From Piromyces finnis finn (lineage: Eukaryota; Fungi; Neocallimastigomycota): 64,000 nucleotides of DNA. Positions within the stretch are counted from its first letter, which is position 1, and every line of letters starts with the position of its first letter. Below, piece by piece: positions 33,734 through 47,413 of the stretch. The notes beneath the pieces were generated by a model, which had not been told where the DNA came from, did no database searches, and worked only from the letters and a program-made list of their open reading frames with translations. The stretch lies in the NCBI GenBank assembly GCA_002104945.1, contig MCFH01000050.1, forward strand, positions 124,001 through 188,000. The letters run 5' to 3'. The position numbers were made by a program, and so were the translations under genes.

Positions 33734-35940
33734 TTAATTGGTATTTTGACTGGGAGAATAATAAGAAGTACTACGAGTAGAATAGTAAAGTGGTTGATTT
33801 TTAAAAGAAGATGATTGTAGTTGTTGTTGCTGAGTTTCATTCTTCATTCTGGAAGGAGAATGATAGAAATTAGAAGGAGTAATGGTATCGTTATTAAGAT
33901 CTTTATCATTAGAGGATAATATTTCAGAGATGGATTTATTCATAGTAGGGGAATTATAATTAGAAATCATTTCCATAGTTTTAGGTTTTATTCCTTCAGA
34001 TAGGGATGGTTGTGAATGTTGTGCTAATGGTGGTGCTGATGATGATGATGGTAATGGTAGACGATGATTTCGTGAAGGAGAATAATTTATACCAGGAATT
34101 AATGTGGAGCCAGGTGATGATGAAGAACTTATATGGCTATTATGATGAGAAAAGGCACCTTCACTATGGATAGATGGAGATGACGGTGAATTGATATTAG
34201 GTTGAGAGGTACTATCTTTCAAAAGATTTTTCCAACGACCAAAAAGATTAATACAGCGTTGTTGAATATTATATTGATCATTGAAAGGGTATGGTCTTTT
34301 TGCTAAAATTTTAATAATCTTTCCAATTTTGGTATACTTTAAAATATTAATAGAAAGTGTTTTCTTTTCTATTTCATCTAAATAGGTATTGATATATTTT
34401 AAAACGGATGAGGAAAGATCTCTTTTTAATGTTTTTTGTAATTTAATTCTAATTTTCAATACTCTTTCTGCCAACTCAACCTCTTCTGATTTAAGAGGAA
34501 CTTCTTTTTCTTTTGAGACTTTATCTGTTTCTGGAGAAGATATTGATTGATGTTGATGGTGACGCTGACTTGGGGAAAGATATGTATTATCATTAGAAGC
34601 TACGGTAGGAGACGACTTCGATGAATGATGATATGATTGTGAATAGTGATGCGAACGTGAATGCGAATGGGAACTAGTATGTGGGCTGGAATAATGATGT
34701 CTTGAAGAAGAAGATTGATCTTGACGATGACTTGAGTAAGATTTTGGTGTATGTTCATGAGAAGTCTTTTGATAAGATTTAGGGGTTTGATTTACATTAG
34801 AAGTAGATGAATAAGGCGAAGAGTGATGTGAAGTAGTTCTTGTCGATTCTACAACTTGTTTTGGGGTTGATGGATATAGGGTTGGATTGGTTATAATATT
34901 TTTCGAAATAGTTTGTCCAATTTCATTTTCAACACAAATTTTTTTTGGAGTATGGGGTTGTTGTTGTTGTTGTTGTTGTTGTTGTTGCTTTGAATTTTGA
35001 ATGTTTTCTAGAGAGAGATTTTGATTAGTATTTAAATTTTGAATGGGTGTTGATATCATCATACCATTTTGATTTTGATTTGGCAATTGAATTTGAGTTA
35101 AATTAGTTACATTATTTCTATTTGGTGTATGCATAATATTTTGACTCGTATTTTGTTCATAGGGTTGAGCGGAATTATAATTTTGGATTTGATTATTTCT
35201 TGGGCTATTTATATAGATGGTATTAAGATTATTATATCGAAGGGGTGACTGATTAAAAGTTGAATAAGAAGCGTTTGGTTTTGGTATCTTGGGAACATTT
35301 TCTTTTTTAATTTTAACAAATGGATATTTTTGAGGATAAAGTTCATGAAGTGCTTTTGAAATAGCAATATTAAATAAATTTGTTCTTTTTTCTGTAATAA
35401 AGATTCCTTTATATTTTTCAAATGGTTTAATATATTTTGTATTCGCCCATGCACTTTTTTTTTTTAAAAAAAAAAAAAAATAAATAAATAAATAAAATAA
35501 GAATAGAGAATAAAATAAAAAATTCATTAATCATCAAATTTTAAAACATTTATATGAATATATTAATTTCTTACAATTTTTCCTTTCCATAAACATAAAC
35601 AGGAATATGTTTTAAATGTGTTTTTGGTTTATATGATAAAAATTCTGAAGATAATTTGTCTTCACTTTCTATCTAAAATATTTTTATTTAAAAATAATAG
35701 ATGATAAAGTAAATTTAAAAATTATTATTAATTAAATATTCATATTATTGTTAATTTAGAAATTTATATATATATGTAAAGAAAAACATTTATTTTTAAA
35801 ATAGTAATAATTACAATACAACAACAATAATAATAATAGCAATTAAACTTTTGTTAAAATAATATATTCACCTTTGAAGGCCACCAAGGATATCCTCTAA
35901 ACTTTACCCATACAATAGATCCATTTGTGATTGTATTCAT
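33734..35940 (-). CDS. PWWP-domain chromatin reader with C-terminal TFIIS-N/LEDGF-IBD-like helical domain
   Basis: Exon 35940-35872 (MNTITNGSIVWVKFRGYPWWPSK), exon 35672-35575 (IESEDKL...IPVYVYGKEK), exon 35453-33734 (FAWANTKYIKPFE...F..AI..A). Later: YLDEIEKKTLSINILKYTKIGKIIKILAK...IQQRCINLFGRWK. The first ~24 aa of the listed ORF are intronic. Confidence 0.85.
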
Positions 35941-38272
35941 TTTTAAATTAATGTCTCTTAAAATTTATAAAAGCTTATATTGTCTTTAACCAAAATACGC
36001 TTTAAAAAAAATCTATACTCTTATTTCGTATATATTTTATTTTTCTTTATTGTGTATTAAAAATCTACATATTATTATTATTACTGGTATATTGATATAT
36101 CCAAATTTTCTATTGATTTTATTTTTATATTATTTGAGTTTATTAATAATATAAAAAGAAAAAAGAGAAAAAATTTTAAGATTATTAATTCTTATTTTGA
36201 TAATATTGTATATATTATTCTTTTCTTTTTTTTTTTTTTTTTATTTTTATTTTCTACACAAAAAAGAAAAGAAGAGTCATATATATTTTATATTTATTAT
36301 TAGCACTGATGAAAGTTGTAATATTTACTAATAAAAAAAAAGTATAGAAAAGCAAAGTAAATTGGCTTTATAAAAAAAATAATAATCTATTCGACTTTGG
36401 TTATTATACAAAATTTAATATTATACTAAACTTTTTAAAATTATTTACAAATTCGTTCTTTTTATTCTATTAAATATATGAAATTATTATTTTATAAATT
36501 AAATTATTTTTATCAATTTTATAAAAAAAAAAAAAAAAATTAACAATATTAATACATTTATAACGAAAAAATAAAAATGTTTTTTTTTATATACTAAATT
36601 AATATAAATTATTTTATATTAAATAATATATATACAATTTATTTTAATATATTAATCGATAATATTAAATTTGAAATAAACATTATAAATTATACTTTTC
36701 AATTTTTATTTTTTGTAATAGTGATTTTAAAAATTTTAAAATTTTATCTGTCTGTTGTCCATGGCAAAGTTAATTTAATAATGTATATTCATCATTAATT
36801 AATGTATAATACATATATTAAAATGACGATAAAATGAAAATCATGAATGTAAATCACGATGAATATCAAAAAACTTTGAAAAAAAAAAAAAAAACCAAAG
36901 ATTTAGAATAATAAAACTTTGAAATTAAAAAAGCATTAATTGAAATAATTATAAACTTTAAAGTAACATCATTGTTAAATTTATAGCAGAAAAATGTATA
37001 ATAAATATTTTAGATGCAATTTTACCAATAAAAAAAAACATAAGGGGTAAAAAGGAAAGTTACTATGAATGAAGAATGAAAAAAAAGGAAAATGGTATCG
37101 CAAAAGTAAAATATCGTTTTTATTTTAATTTAAAAAAAATTTTTTTTTTATCTCAACTTTAGTATTAAAATTAGTTTCAACGTTGAATTTCATTTAATAG
37201 TTTTTATTTTATTATAAAAAAAATGTATTTAATTTACTTTTTTTTTTTATTTTTTTTTTATTTTGTTACTATATGTTTTTATAAATTTAAATATTTTTAT
37301 TTACATAAATGTTTCATTGATTTACGTTTTTTTTTTTTTTTTAATTACTTTATTGTATTATTTTTTTGTTCGTTTTTTTTTTTTTTCTGTTTAGTTTTTT
37401 GTATTTTCTTTTTAATACTGTATGATATTTTTCTTTTCCTTCATTTATATTTACTTATTAAGTGTCTATATAAATTAACTAAAACAACGCTTTGTTTTAT
37501 TTCTTTTTATATATGTATATATAAAGAATATTTTTGATGTAATGAAAACATTATAAGTTTTTGTGATTTTATTTGGTTTTTAAATTAATTATTCTTATTC
37601 TAATAATTATAATTTTTTTTTTTTTTTTTAATTTATAAGTTAGCAGATGCAGATATTTCAATGATGTGCTTTTTCTTTGTTTTGTTTTGCTTTTTCTTCT
37701 TCTTAAATAATTTTTTTTTTCTTTTAAAATAAATTATAAAAAAAAAATTTTAAAATATATAATAAAAAATATATCTTATGAAATTAAATTAAATGGTTTA
37801 ATAAATAAATTATTGAAAATAGGTATTAAATTACGTTATTGCTTTTAGGATATAAAATGATATATATTTTATATATATTCTAATATCTTTTATGATAATG
37901 ATGTTGTTGTTATTTTTTAATAATATAAAAAATAAAATAAAAAAAAAAAAGGCATTATTGAAATAAATATTGATATTTTGTTTTTTTAAATAATTAAATC
38001 TTTGTGTGTTGTTGAATTGTTGGTGTTTTTTTTATTTCCAAAAATTTTTTATATGATTTTTTTTTTCTTGATTTTAATTTAACTTTTCATTTTTTGTATT
38101 ATGTTTGGTTTAATTATATTTTTAACTGTTTCTTTCTATAATAAACTATTATTATTATGGTTTTTTTTTTTTTTTTTTTTCTTCCTTTTTAACACCATAA
38201 TAGTTTATATCATTATATTTAATCCCTTATTAACTTTTATATTTTTGTACAATTCGTTTATTTTTGTTTTGA

Positions 38273-41165
38273 CTAATCTCTCAATAAAATCTGTCTATCA
38301 TTTTTCCTTAAACCTCTGGAGAAATATAGCATAATTGGTATGTCTGAACGGTTTACATTTAAAACATTAATAACTGAATCTTGTTTATTTTCAGTTTCAG
38401 TCTTTCCCAATTTTACAAATTTAAAAAATAATTTTGCTTTACTAAAATTAAAATATATATATATGTAATAAAAAATTATAAATATATTATATATTATTAC
38501 TCATCATGGTTTATCCAAAGTATAAATGAAAATAACGTTAAAATCAATTAGATTATAAATGGTATATATGATAAATGACTTACTTTAACCATTTTTCTCT
38601 AAAAACGTGCATTTGAATATCAAAAACTTTACTTGGAATATCCGATTTAATAATATGTTCAATTTGATCAATTAATACACTTTTTTGAAATGGATAATTT
38701 GTTTGTAATTGATCAATCACAGGTTTGAATTGAATATTAATAATTTCATTTGTATTTTCTTCAGTTGAAATATCTATTAAAACATAATTAGATTCATCAA
38801 TTTCAGATGGAATTTCCACCTCTTTTTTAATTCCAAGCATATTACAACGCCATGGTTCCATATACTCATCTAAATAATTATACGAGGTACAACAAGATTC
38901 TGGAATAAATGACTAGTATAAAAAAAAGATATTAATAAAATTTTAATTATGAAATTAATTTCATTAATAAAAATTATGTAATGAAATAAATATTTAATAG
39001 AGTTTAATGATTCCAATTTACCTTTAATACTTTAATTATAGAAGTAGCAATTTCAATTTTATCAGTACGAATAATAATTTGTGTACCAATAGCTGTGTTA
39101 TATATTAAATATTTAAAATGCATTTCACCAAAAATTCTCCATAAATCTTTTAAATTTTCAATCATTATTAGAGATGATTCTGGTTTTTCTGAGGATTCAC
39201 TCGAAAGATTAGATCCATTTATACTAACTTTATTGCCTTCTTGATCCAACAATATAACTTTTTCATTATTATCGTTTTCTTCTTCATGATCATTCGTTAG
39301 TTCTTTATATTTTAAATATAAAATTGTATCCACCTATATTTTATATTATAGTTAATAATATATTGTTTAGTTTAAAATAAAAATATTTCATTTACGTCAA
39401 AAGTTATTTCTTTGATATCAATTTTATTTAAATTTTTATATTAATTTACCATATCATAATTTTCTTGACACTTTTCATAAAGTCTGTCTCTTGACGCTCT
39501 CAAAATCCATGAAAATGTTGAATGTAAATGCATAAATATATTCTATTATATATAATAGAATATATATATAATTATTAATATTTGGTATGTAATAAAAAGT
39601 TATAAAATGAAGATAATATAGAATGAAAATGACATACAGGATTATTAAGAAGATCCACTAATGACCTCAGTGGTTGATTTCCACGTCTTCTTATAAATTG
39701 CTCTTTTAATAAAAAAAAAATATTATTAAATAATACATTAACAAATTAATATTTATAATAATTATTTAATTATTTATATATACCAGGTGATAATGGACTA
39801 TAGATCTTAGCGCGATTAATATTAAGATCTTGATTAGATTTCTTTTCAATTTCAAATGTTTTTTCAGCAGTTGCTTGTAAATCTTTTGCCGTTGATTTGA
39901 ATTTACTAAAGTTTATTGTATTTAAATTTATGCTTATTAATATATCTTAATATCAATAACAATAATATTGATATAAACTAACCTTACTAAAAATCCCCAT
40001 GAAGCAATAATAAATGACTTATCTGAATGTAAGAATGAAATACTGTACCATCTTTGAAATCCTCTAGCTTGAATATCTTTTAATTTAAATATATAACTTA
40101 AAGAATATCCATTTTGCTCATCACCAAAAAATATGGCACCCTCTCTGCCTGGACAGAATTCACAACTTAAACTAAAATAATTATAAAATCATTTAATTAA
40201 TATCACAAAATTAATAATTTTTTTTCTAAAAGAATTAAAAAATGATTTATATAAACATAAAATAAAAAAATTATTTATGTTATAAATATAAAATAATAAA
40301 TTTAAAAATAAATTAAAATTTTTACCTTCTAACACATGCTTGTCTTACAATTGGGTATAATCGACTGAGATATGGGTATCTTGTGGTGATATAGGTCATA
40401 TTGTTTTCTAAATCATCCGATATAAATCCTTTAAAACCTTTTTCATTTTCATTTGAAATTCCATTCGTGTCGATTTTATTCGTAGCAGGTTTATTATTAA
40501 TTTTATGCATTTCAGCTATTTCGTTTGCTCTTTCTTCTTTGCTTATATCATTACTTTTACTTTTAATATTAATTTGAAGAGGACGATCTTCTTCTTCCTC
40601 TTCTTCTTCAACAGAAGCATTACTTTGTCTATCGATATCGAATTGCTTCCTAACATCACTTGGGTTAGAAAGTTGATTATCCAATTGATTTTGGTCAAAA
40701 TTTATTCCTATATTCAAAGGTGCTTGTTGGAATTCTGAATTAGATTGATTCTCTTGTTCCGAACCCTTTTCATTTATAAGACTTGAAACTTGTTGAGGTA
40801 CAATTAATGAACAGCCTGAACATGATGATTTTGTTGTAATTTTATTGCTATTTTCAGATATAAATTTTTCTAATTTATAAAATTGATTAACTGGAAAACA
40901 TTGAGAACATGAAATTATAGATGGACCTATATTAACCATATCCAATATATACAAAATAACAAAATAATTAGAACTTCATATAATTTCAAATTTTACTTTT
41001 TATTAAACAATATTAATTACTTACCATGAACTTCACAAAAATTTGAAAATGCTATTTATATTATTATTTATTATTTATTTTAAATTATATTTATTATTAA
41101 TATCTTTTCTTTTAATATGAACAAAATATTCAAAATTATTAAAATAGTTTACCTATTATCATCAT
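38273..41165 (-). CDS. FLCN: Folliculin (FLCN/Lst7/BHD); multi-exon
   Basis: [22 protein letters not shown] from microexons 41165-41153 and 41051-41025, [49 protein letters not shown]-terminal [10 protein letters not shown]...LYFSRGL. Stop TAG at 38275-38273. Confidence 0.93.
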
Positions 41166-44100
41166 TTTTTAAATAAATAGTAAATTTGTTTCGTTTGTAT
41201 TAAATTAATTTTATATATGGATGTTGGGATAGAAAGAAATTATCTGATAGTTTTTTGTTTTTAATTTTTAATTTTTTATTTTTTTTATTTTTTATTTTTA
41301 TTTTATTTTTTTTTTTTTTTTGTTTAAAAGTATATTGTATACTGATTTACAATATATTTTTTATTGTTTTTTTTTTTTTTTTTTATATATACTGAAAAAA
41401 TATTGAAATTTTATACTAATGGAAATATAGATATATATCTTCCTATTAATACATTTTTTATTATTATTATTATATTAATTAATATATTGAACTTTTAAAT
41501 ATTTAAATTCTATATTATTATTTATAGAAAATCTTATGATAATAAAAAACACTAAATTTGTTTTTTATAGTGCTGAATAATAAATATATAGAATCTTTTT
41601 ATAAAAAAATTACTATTAGTAAAATAAAAATTTAAATAAATATACTCTCTAATAAATATAATTTATATTTAATAAACAATTCCAAAATATATATATTTAT
41701 TCAGTGAAATTAATAAAATAAAAAGAATTATAATTGAATTTATTCGTTTAATCATTATTGATATTAAAAATATTGAAAATTCAATTTTATATGATATAAT
41801 ATAATATGAAAATATTAAAAATATTGGTAGTTGATATATAATAAGGAAAAACATTGAATATCACATTAGAGTAATAAATATTATTAGTAATTAATTATTT
41901 CAATGACATCAACAATAATGAAAAAATTGTTCAAAAAAAATATATTGTCATTATATTGTTTTATATTGTACAAAAATGTTATTGATAATATATATAAAAA
42001 AAGTTAATATATAAAATAAATATAAATTATTGTTTTTCTTAAATTAATAATAAAAAATTAATATTAATAATCATAATGTTTACCTATATCTAATATTTTT
42101 ACCCCGTTCGCTCTTCTTAACCTTTTGCTTTATTATTATTATAAATTATTAATTAACATAATAAATGTGTTTTTTTTTTTTTTTTTTTTGTTTTGTTTTG
42201 TTTTTGTTTTTTTTAAATTTTTAGTATTATCGTTTTTTTATTCAAGTATAATATTATTAAATAAATATAAAATTCTCTTTTCTTTTATACTTTTATCATA
42301 AAAAAATTAAAAGGAAAGTAAATTTTTTACAGTTTAATAAAGCATATGATAATAAAAGTATTGAATTGGAAAATTATAATATTTAATTTGAAATTAAAAA
42401 ATTAATTTTTAGTTTTTGGAAAATAAAATTTCAAATTTCTTAAATATAAAGAGATATAAAGGTAGTTAAAATTTTTTATAATATAAATAAAAATTATCCT
42501 TAATTATTACTTAAATAAATAATAAAAAGAAATAAATGTAAATTTAGGATAATATAATTATATTATATATTATAAAATAGAGAAATTATATGTTTAGAAA
42601 AAATAATAGAACTTTACAAAAACTCTTAAAATTATTTTATTTTTGTACTTTATTTTTTAATTGTTTTTTTTTTATTATTGTTGTTGTTGTTTATATAGAG
42701 TTTAGATTATTAACAAAATTTCAAAAATGTATCATTTAATTTCTAAATTCTATATTATTTTAATTTTTAAATAAACAAAATTCAATATTCTATGAAAAAA
42801 AAAAATTAATTTTATCCACTTTTGTATATATTCCCTTCTTCCATTTAATATTTTAACCCATAATACAGCTTCATCATTATAATTATTTTAACCTTTTAAT
42901 CTCTTTAAATTTAAATAAAAAAAAAATAATAATTAAAATAGAAAAGAATAAAAATTGCAAAATAAAAGTATAAAAAGAAATTATTTAATATTTATATATT
43001 TCCACCATTTATAATTAAAATGTATTTAATTTATATAGTAATATATGAAAATCTTTAAAGATTTATAATAAATAGTTTTTATAAATTTTATATATTATTA
43101 TTTAATATTTAATATATATAAAATAATATTTTTTTATGATTTTTTATTATTATTATTATTATTATAAATTAATAATTATCATTCTTACCTTTAATAAAAA
43201 TCATTAAAATGATTCAAATAATATATATAATCATTACATTATTATATATATTATTTATTTATTACTTCTATTTAAAATGGATAAAATGTTTTTTTTGTTT
43301 AATGGATACATCATTTATATTAATTAGTCTAAGTCATGTTACATAATTTACAATATGCTCAATTTATTTTGTTTTATATTTAATATATGGAAAAATTGAT
43401 ATTTATATATTTGTATATATATTAAAAATTCATAACTATAATTACTTTAATTACTTTAAAATCATATATTTTTTTGAATAAAGGATTATTTTTTTTTTCA
43501 ATAATTTTATTTTTTAATTAAATGAGATTATATAATTATAATATATTAATATAAATATATTATTTAATATAACTAAATAAAAATAATATATTCTATGGTC
43601 AAAAATATAAATGAATTTTAAAATTATTCAATTTCATAACCTTCCTTATTTGTTAATTTTGCAAAGAAAATTTTACACAATAAAAAGTTGGTTAAGAAGT
43701 AAGAATACTTCACCAAATTCAGGTATGTCTTGATTTAAATTCATTCTAAAAGTCTAACAGTAATGAGAATGGTTTATGATAATATTATCATACTTTATAT
43801 TGAAAAATAAAAAATATAATAGTGATTGTATTTAACTAATTATAAATATATTGTGTTACCTGTTTTTATATAATATTTAATTTAAATAAAAGATATTGCA
43901 CTATAAAAACTAAGCATTTACATCAATAATCCAATATTCCAATATTCATATAAATATAACTAACATACATATATCTTATTAATTTAATAATTCACTATAT
44001 ACTTTATTTTAAATCTTATTTACTATAAAAATAAATGATAAAAAATAGCAATAATATTATAAAAAAAAAAAGATAAATATAATGATAATATGAGTACTAA

Positions 44101-45662
44101 ATGAATATGGATGTATATACAATATTATAATATTTTATTTATTCATGACGTATAAGTTATTATATTTAACAATACAGCGCACTACTATGAATTTATATAA
44201 ATTTAAATAGCTTATTATTAGAAATAAATGATTTTTTTTCTTTGTTAAAATAATTAAAACTATATTAAAATATTCATTTAATTAAAGTTTAATATTTCCT
44301 TTTTATTTTAATGAAAAAAAAAGACTATTAATACTAATTAGGAATAAATATTGTAAATATAACTTTATAAAATGGGAATAATAATAATGATAACTATTTT
44401 TTCTGTATATTTTACCATATTTATACTTATTATTTGTATTATAATAATAGTTTGTATATTTAAATAACTTTGTTAATGTAACATATACAATAATATACAA
44501 TAATTATTTGTCATTGTGTATATTATTTCTATTTATACAAATTTTGAATTTCTTCAAAGAGGCAATTAAAGTATATTTTAATAATTAATATAACAAATTT
44601 CTTTTCAAAAAATATCCATAATTATTATATAAATTTGAACTTGAAACAAAATATTAATGTTTTTAATTAATACTATATTCACTATAATAATAAAATAAAG
44701 TTAAATATTATTAAATAATTATTATATATATTCATTGTATTGCATTTTTATTAATTTCTATAATACTTACTAATTCATTTATTGATTAGATGAGCAATCT
44801 TCATTTTCATATGTAAATATATTTATTATTAAAAAAATAAATAATAAACAATAATAATTAGGAAGATATCAATATAAAAATATATGTACATGCATAAATA
44901 TAGTTATATAAAATATTATAATCTATAAATTCAAGTAATTTATAGATAATTATATATTAATTCTTACTTTTTTTAAGCATATCAAAAAATGTCATTTTAA
45001 TAACTTTTAATTAAATGATAAAAAATTGAATTAAAATATAGATTATAGTTACACAAATATTTCGGATATGGATCATTTTGCTTTGATACTATCAATAATA
45101 ATTAATATTTTCAATAAATACTAATACTAATAATATTTTATTATTTTTTAAATATCATTTATATTACTTTTTCTTTATGCCTATTAACTTTTTTTACTTT
45201 TTTATTTTTTATAAACATTAAACAAATGCACCATTTATTAATTCCAAATATATATATATGTTTATCTTATTTTTATTATTATGTAACTTGGTTTCTTGAA
45301 TTTTATATTTTTGTGAAAATAAATTATAATTATTAATATATTTCAAGATAACTTTATAATATGAAACATTCTATAAAAAATGAAATAAAATGTTCAATTG
45401 ATAATTATCCAAACAAAATAACATCATATATTATTTAAATTATTATATGTTTATTTCTCTTGAAATAATTAAAATATAGTTCTTGAATATACTGATTTTC
45501 ATTTTTAAGAAGTAGTAACTAATTGAATATATGTTAAACGGAATGTTAATTATTTTTATATTTATTTAAAATTATTATTCCGAAATTACATTCAAAAACA
45601 GTTGTATTTTTTGAAATTAATAAAAAAATATAAATAATTATATATGTTTTTTTTATCAATTT

Positions 45663-45698
<36 letters not shown>

Positions 45699-46389
45699 CT
45701 CAATTATATTTAAAAAATATTAATTATGATAAAATATTTTTAGCTACGTTTTAAATAAGTTTGTTATTAATAAAAATCTATAATTAAATAATAAATGCAA
45801 AATACATAACTTTGCTAATAGTAAAAAAAATTTTAAAAAATTTTCAATAAAGTTTAAAATTAATTTATTTCATATTAAAAAAGAAAATTCTATTAAATAT
45901 TTGCTGTTTTACTATTTATTTAATCATAAAATTTTTGAGAAATGAAATGAAGATGTAAAGATTATTTGAGTTTTTTATTTTATTTTTGTATTTAAATATG
46001 CTTACTATTCGGTGTAATATGAAGAAAAAAGAATATTTTTATAATAATATATATTTTAATTTTTTTTTTGTTATTATAACAAACTTTTCAATGGTCAATT
46101 ATTGGGATTTTACATTATCTAATTTATATAAATACTCTTCTAAATATATTGTTTATCACAATTAAATAATTATTCTATTATTTATGCATATCTCTTGCCT
46201 TCATAAAGTTTTTCACAATAACCAGATTATATTCTTAGTATAATTCCATTATTTTAATTAATCTTATGTATACTAATAAAAAATAAAAAAACTTTAAAAA
46301 TGAATTGTTTATTATTATTATTTTATTTGTTTTATATTTTGATTTGTACTATATATACAATTATAACGTATGTAACAACAAGAAATAAT

Positions 46390-46910
46390 TAAAAGTGAAA
46401 AAAAACTAATACCATGACATAATGAGTACTCTTATTATCCTTATATTTATTTATAAATTTACCATACATTTCTTTATTACATTCCATAGAAAACATCATT
46501 ATCATTATATATGTATCAGTAAGTAATTTACCCCAATGAATATACGAATTATAAGTATTATAAAATACAATATATAAAATATGTCTTCATAAGGTTATAT
46601 TTTCGTTATATTTATTATAATTATCAACACATTTATTAGATAAATATTCTATCAGTACATTTTATATCATAACAATCATCTTTATATTTTAATTATTACA
46701 AGTATTATGAATATATTTTTTTACATTTCCATTTTCATATGAAAAGTCAACAAACTCATAATAACTTGGAAATGTAATATTTCATTTTTACATTAGTAGT
46801 CTTCATTAGTTTGACGTTTTGCTGATTAGTAAGCTTTAATATTTTTTATTTACTTTAATAATTATTATCACTTATGTTGAATGTATTAATAATTGAAACA
46901 TGAATATTAA
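46390..46910 (-). pseudogene. Decayed fragment of a small Cys-rich protein gene
   Basis: Frameshifted fragments TFPSYYEFVDFSYENGNVKKYIHNTCNN*, YKDDCYDIKCTD, YLSNKCVDNYNKYNEN, NSYIHWGKLLTDT and a hydrophobic end (STHYVMVLVFFHF). Their order resembles a Cys-rich multigene family recalled from gut-fungal proteomes; not verified. Confidence 0.4.
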
Positions 46911-47413
46911 TAAATACTATAAACAAAAATTTTTACTTTTTTTTTAACAATATAAATAAGTTCCCAAAAGAATACTTTAAAATTGGAATATAAAAGTTAA
47001 TTTTTTAAATTTAATTATTAACCTAACAATGTATACATTAATTATTTCATATGTATTTCAATAATATAAAATTTAAATATTATTGGTTGAAATTTTTAAA
47101 TGTTTGATTGGGTATAATTAAATAATAGATTTATTTTTTATTTTTTTTTTTTTTTTAAAAAAAAAACAATTATAATTAAGTCATATTGAAATAAATATAA
47201 AACTTTATTACATATTTAAAAATTCAAAAATACATTATAAATATTAGTTAAATAATATTAAATTTTTGTAATACAATTACATATATAAATATCAATCTTT
47301 AATATTAAAAATTAAAAAAAAAAAAAATTAAAATTTTTTCATTTTTACTTTATTAAATTTCATATTCGTCTTTTTTTTTTTTTTTAAATTGAAATTTAAA
47401 ATAAATAATTAAA

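Noticed and set aside
37223-38334. Phe-rich hydrophobic ORFs (similar ones at 49442-49693, 62333-62536, 63535-63744)
   Set aside because: Produced by poly-T tracts in UTR or intergenic DNA; no splice or homology support.
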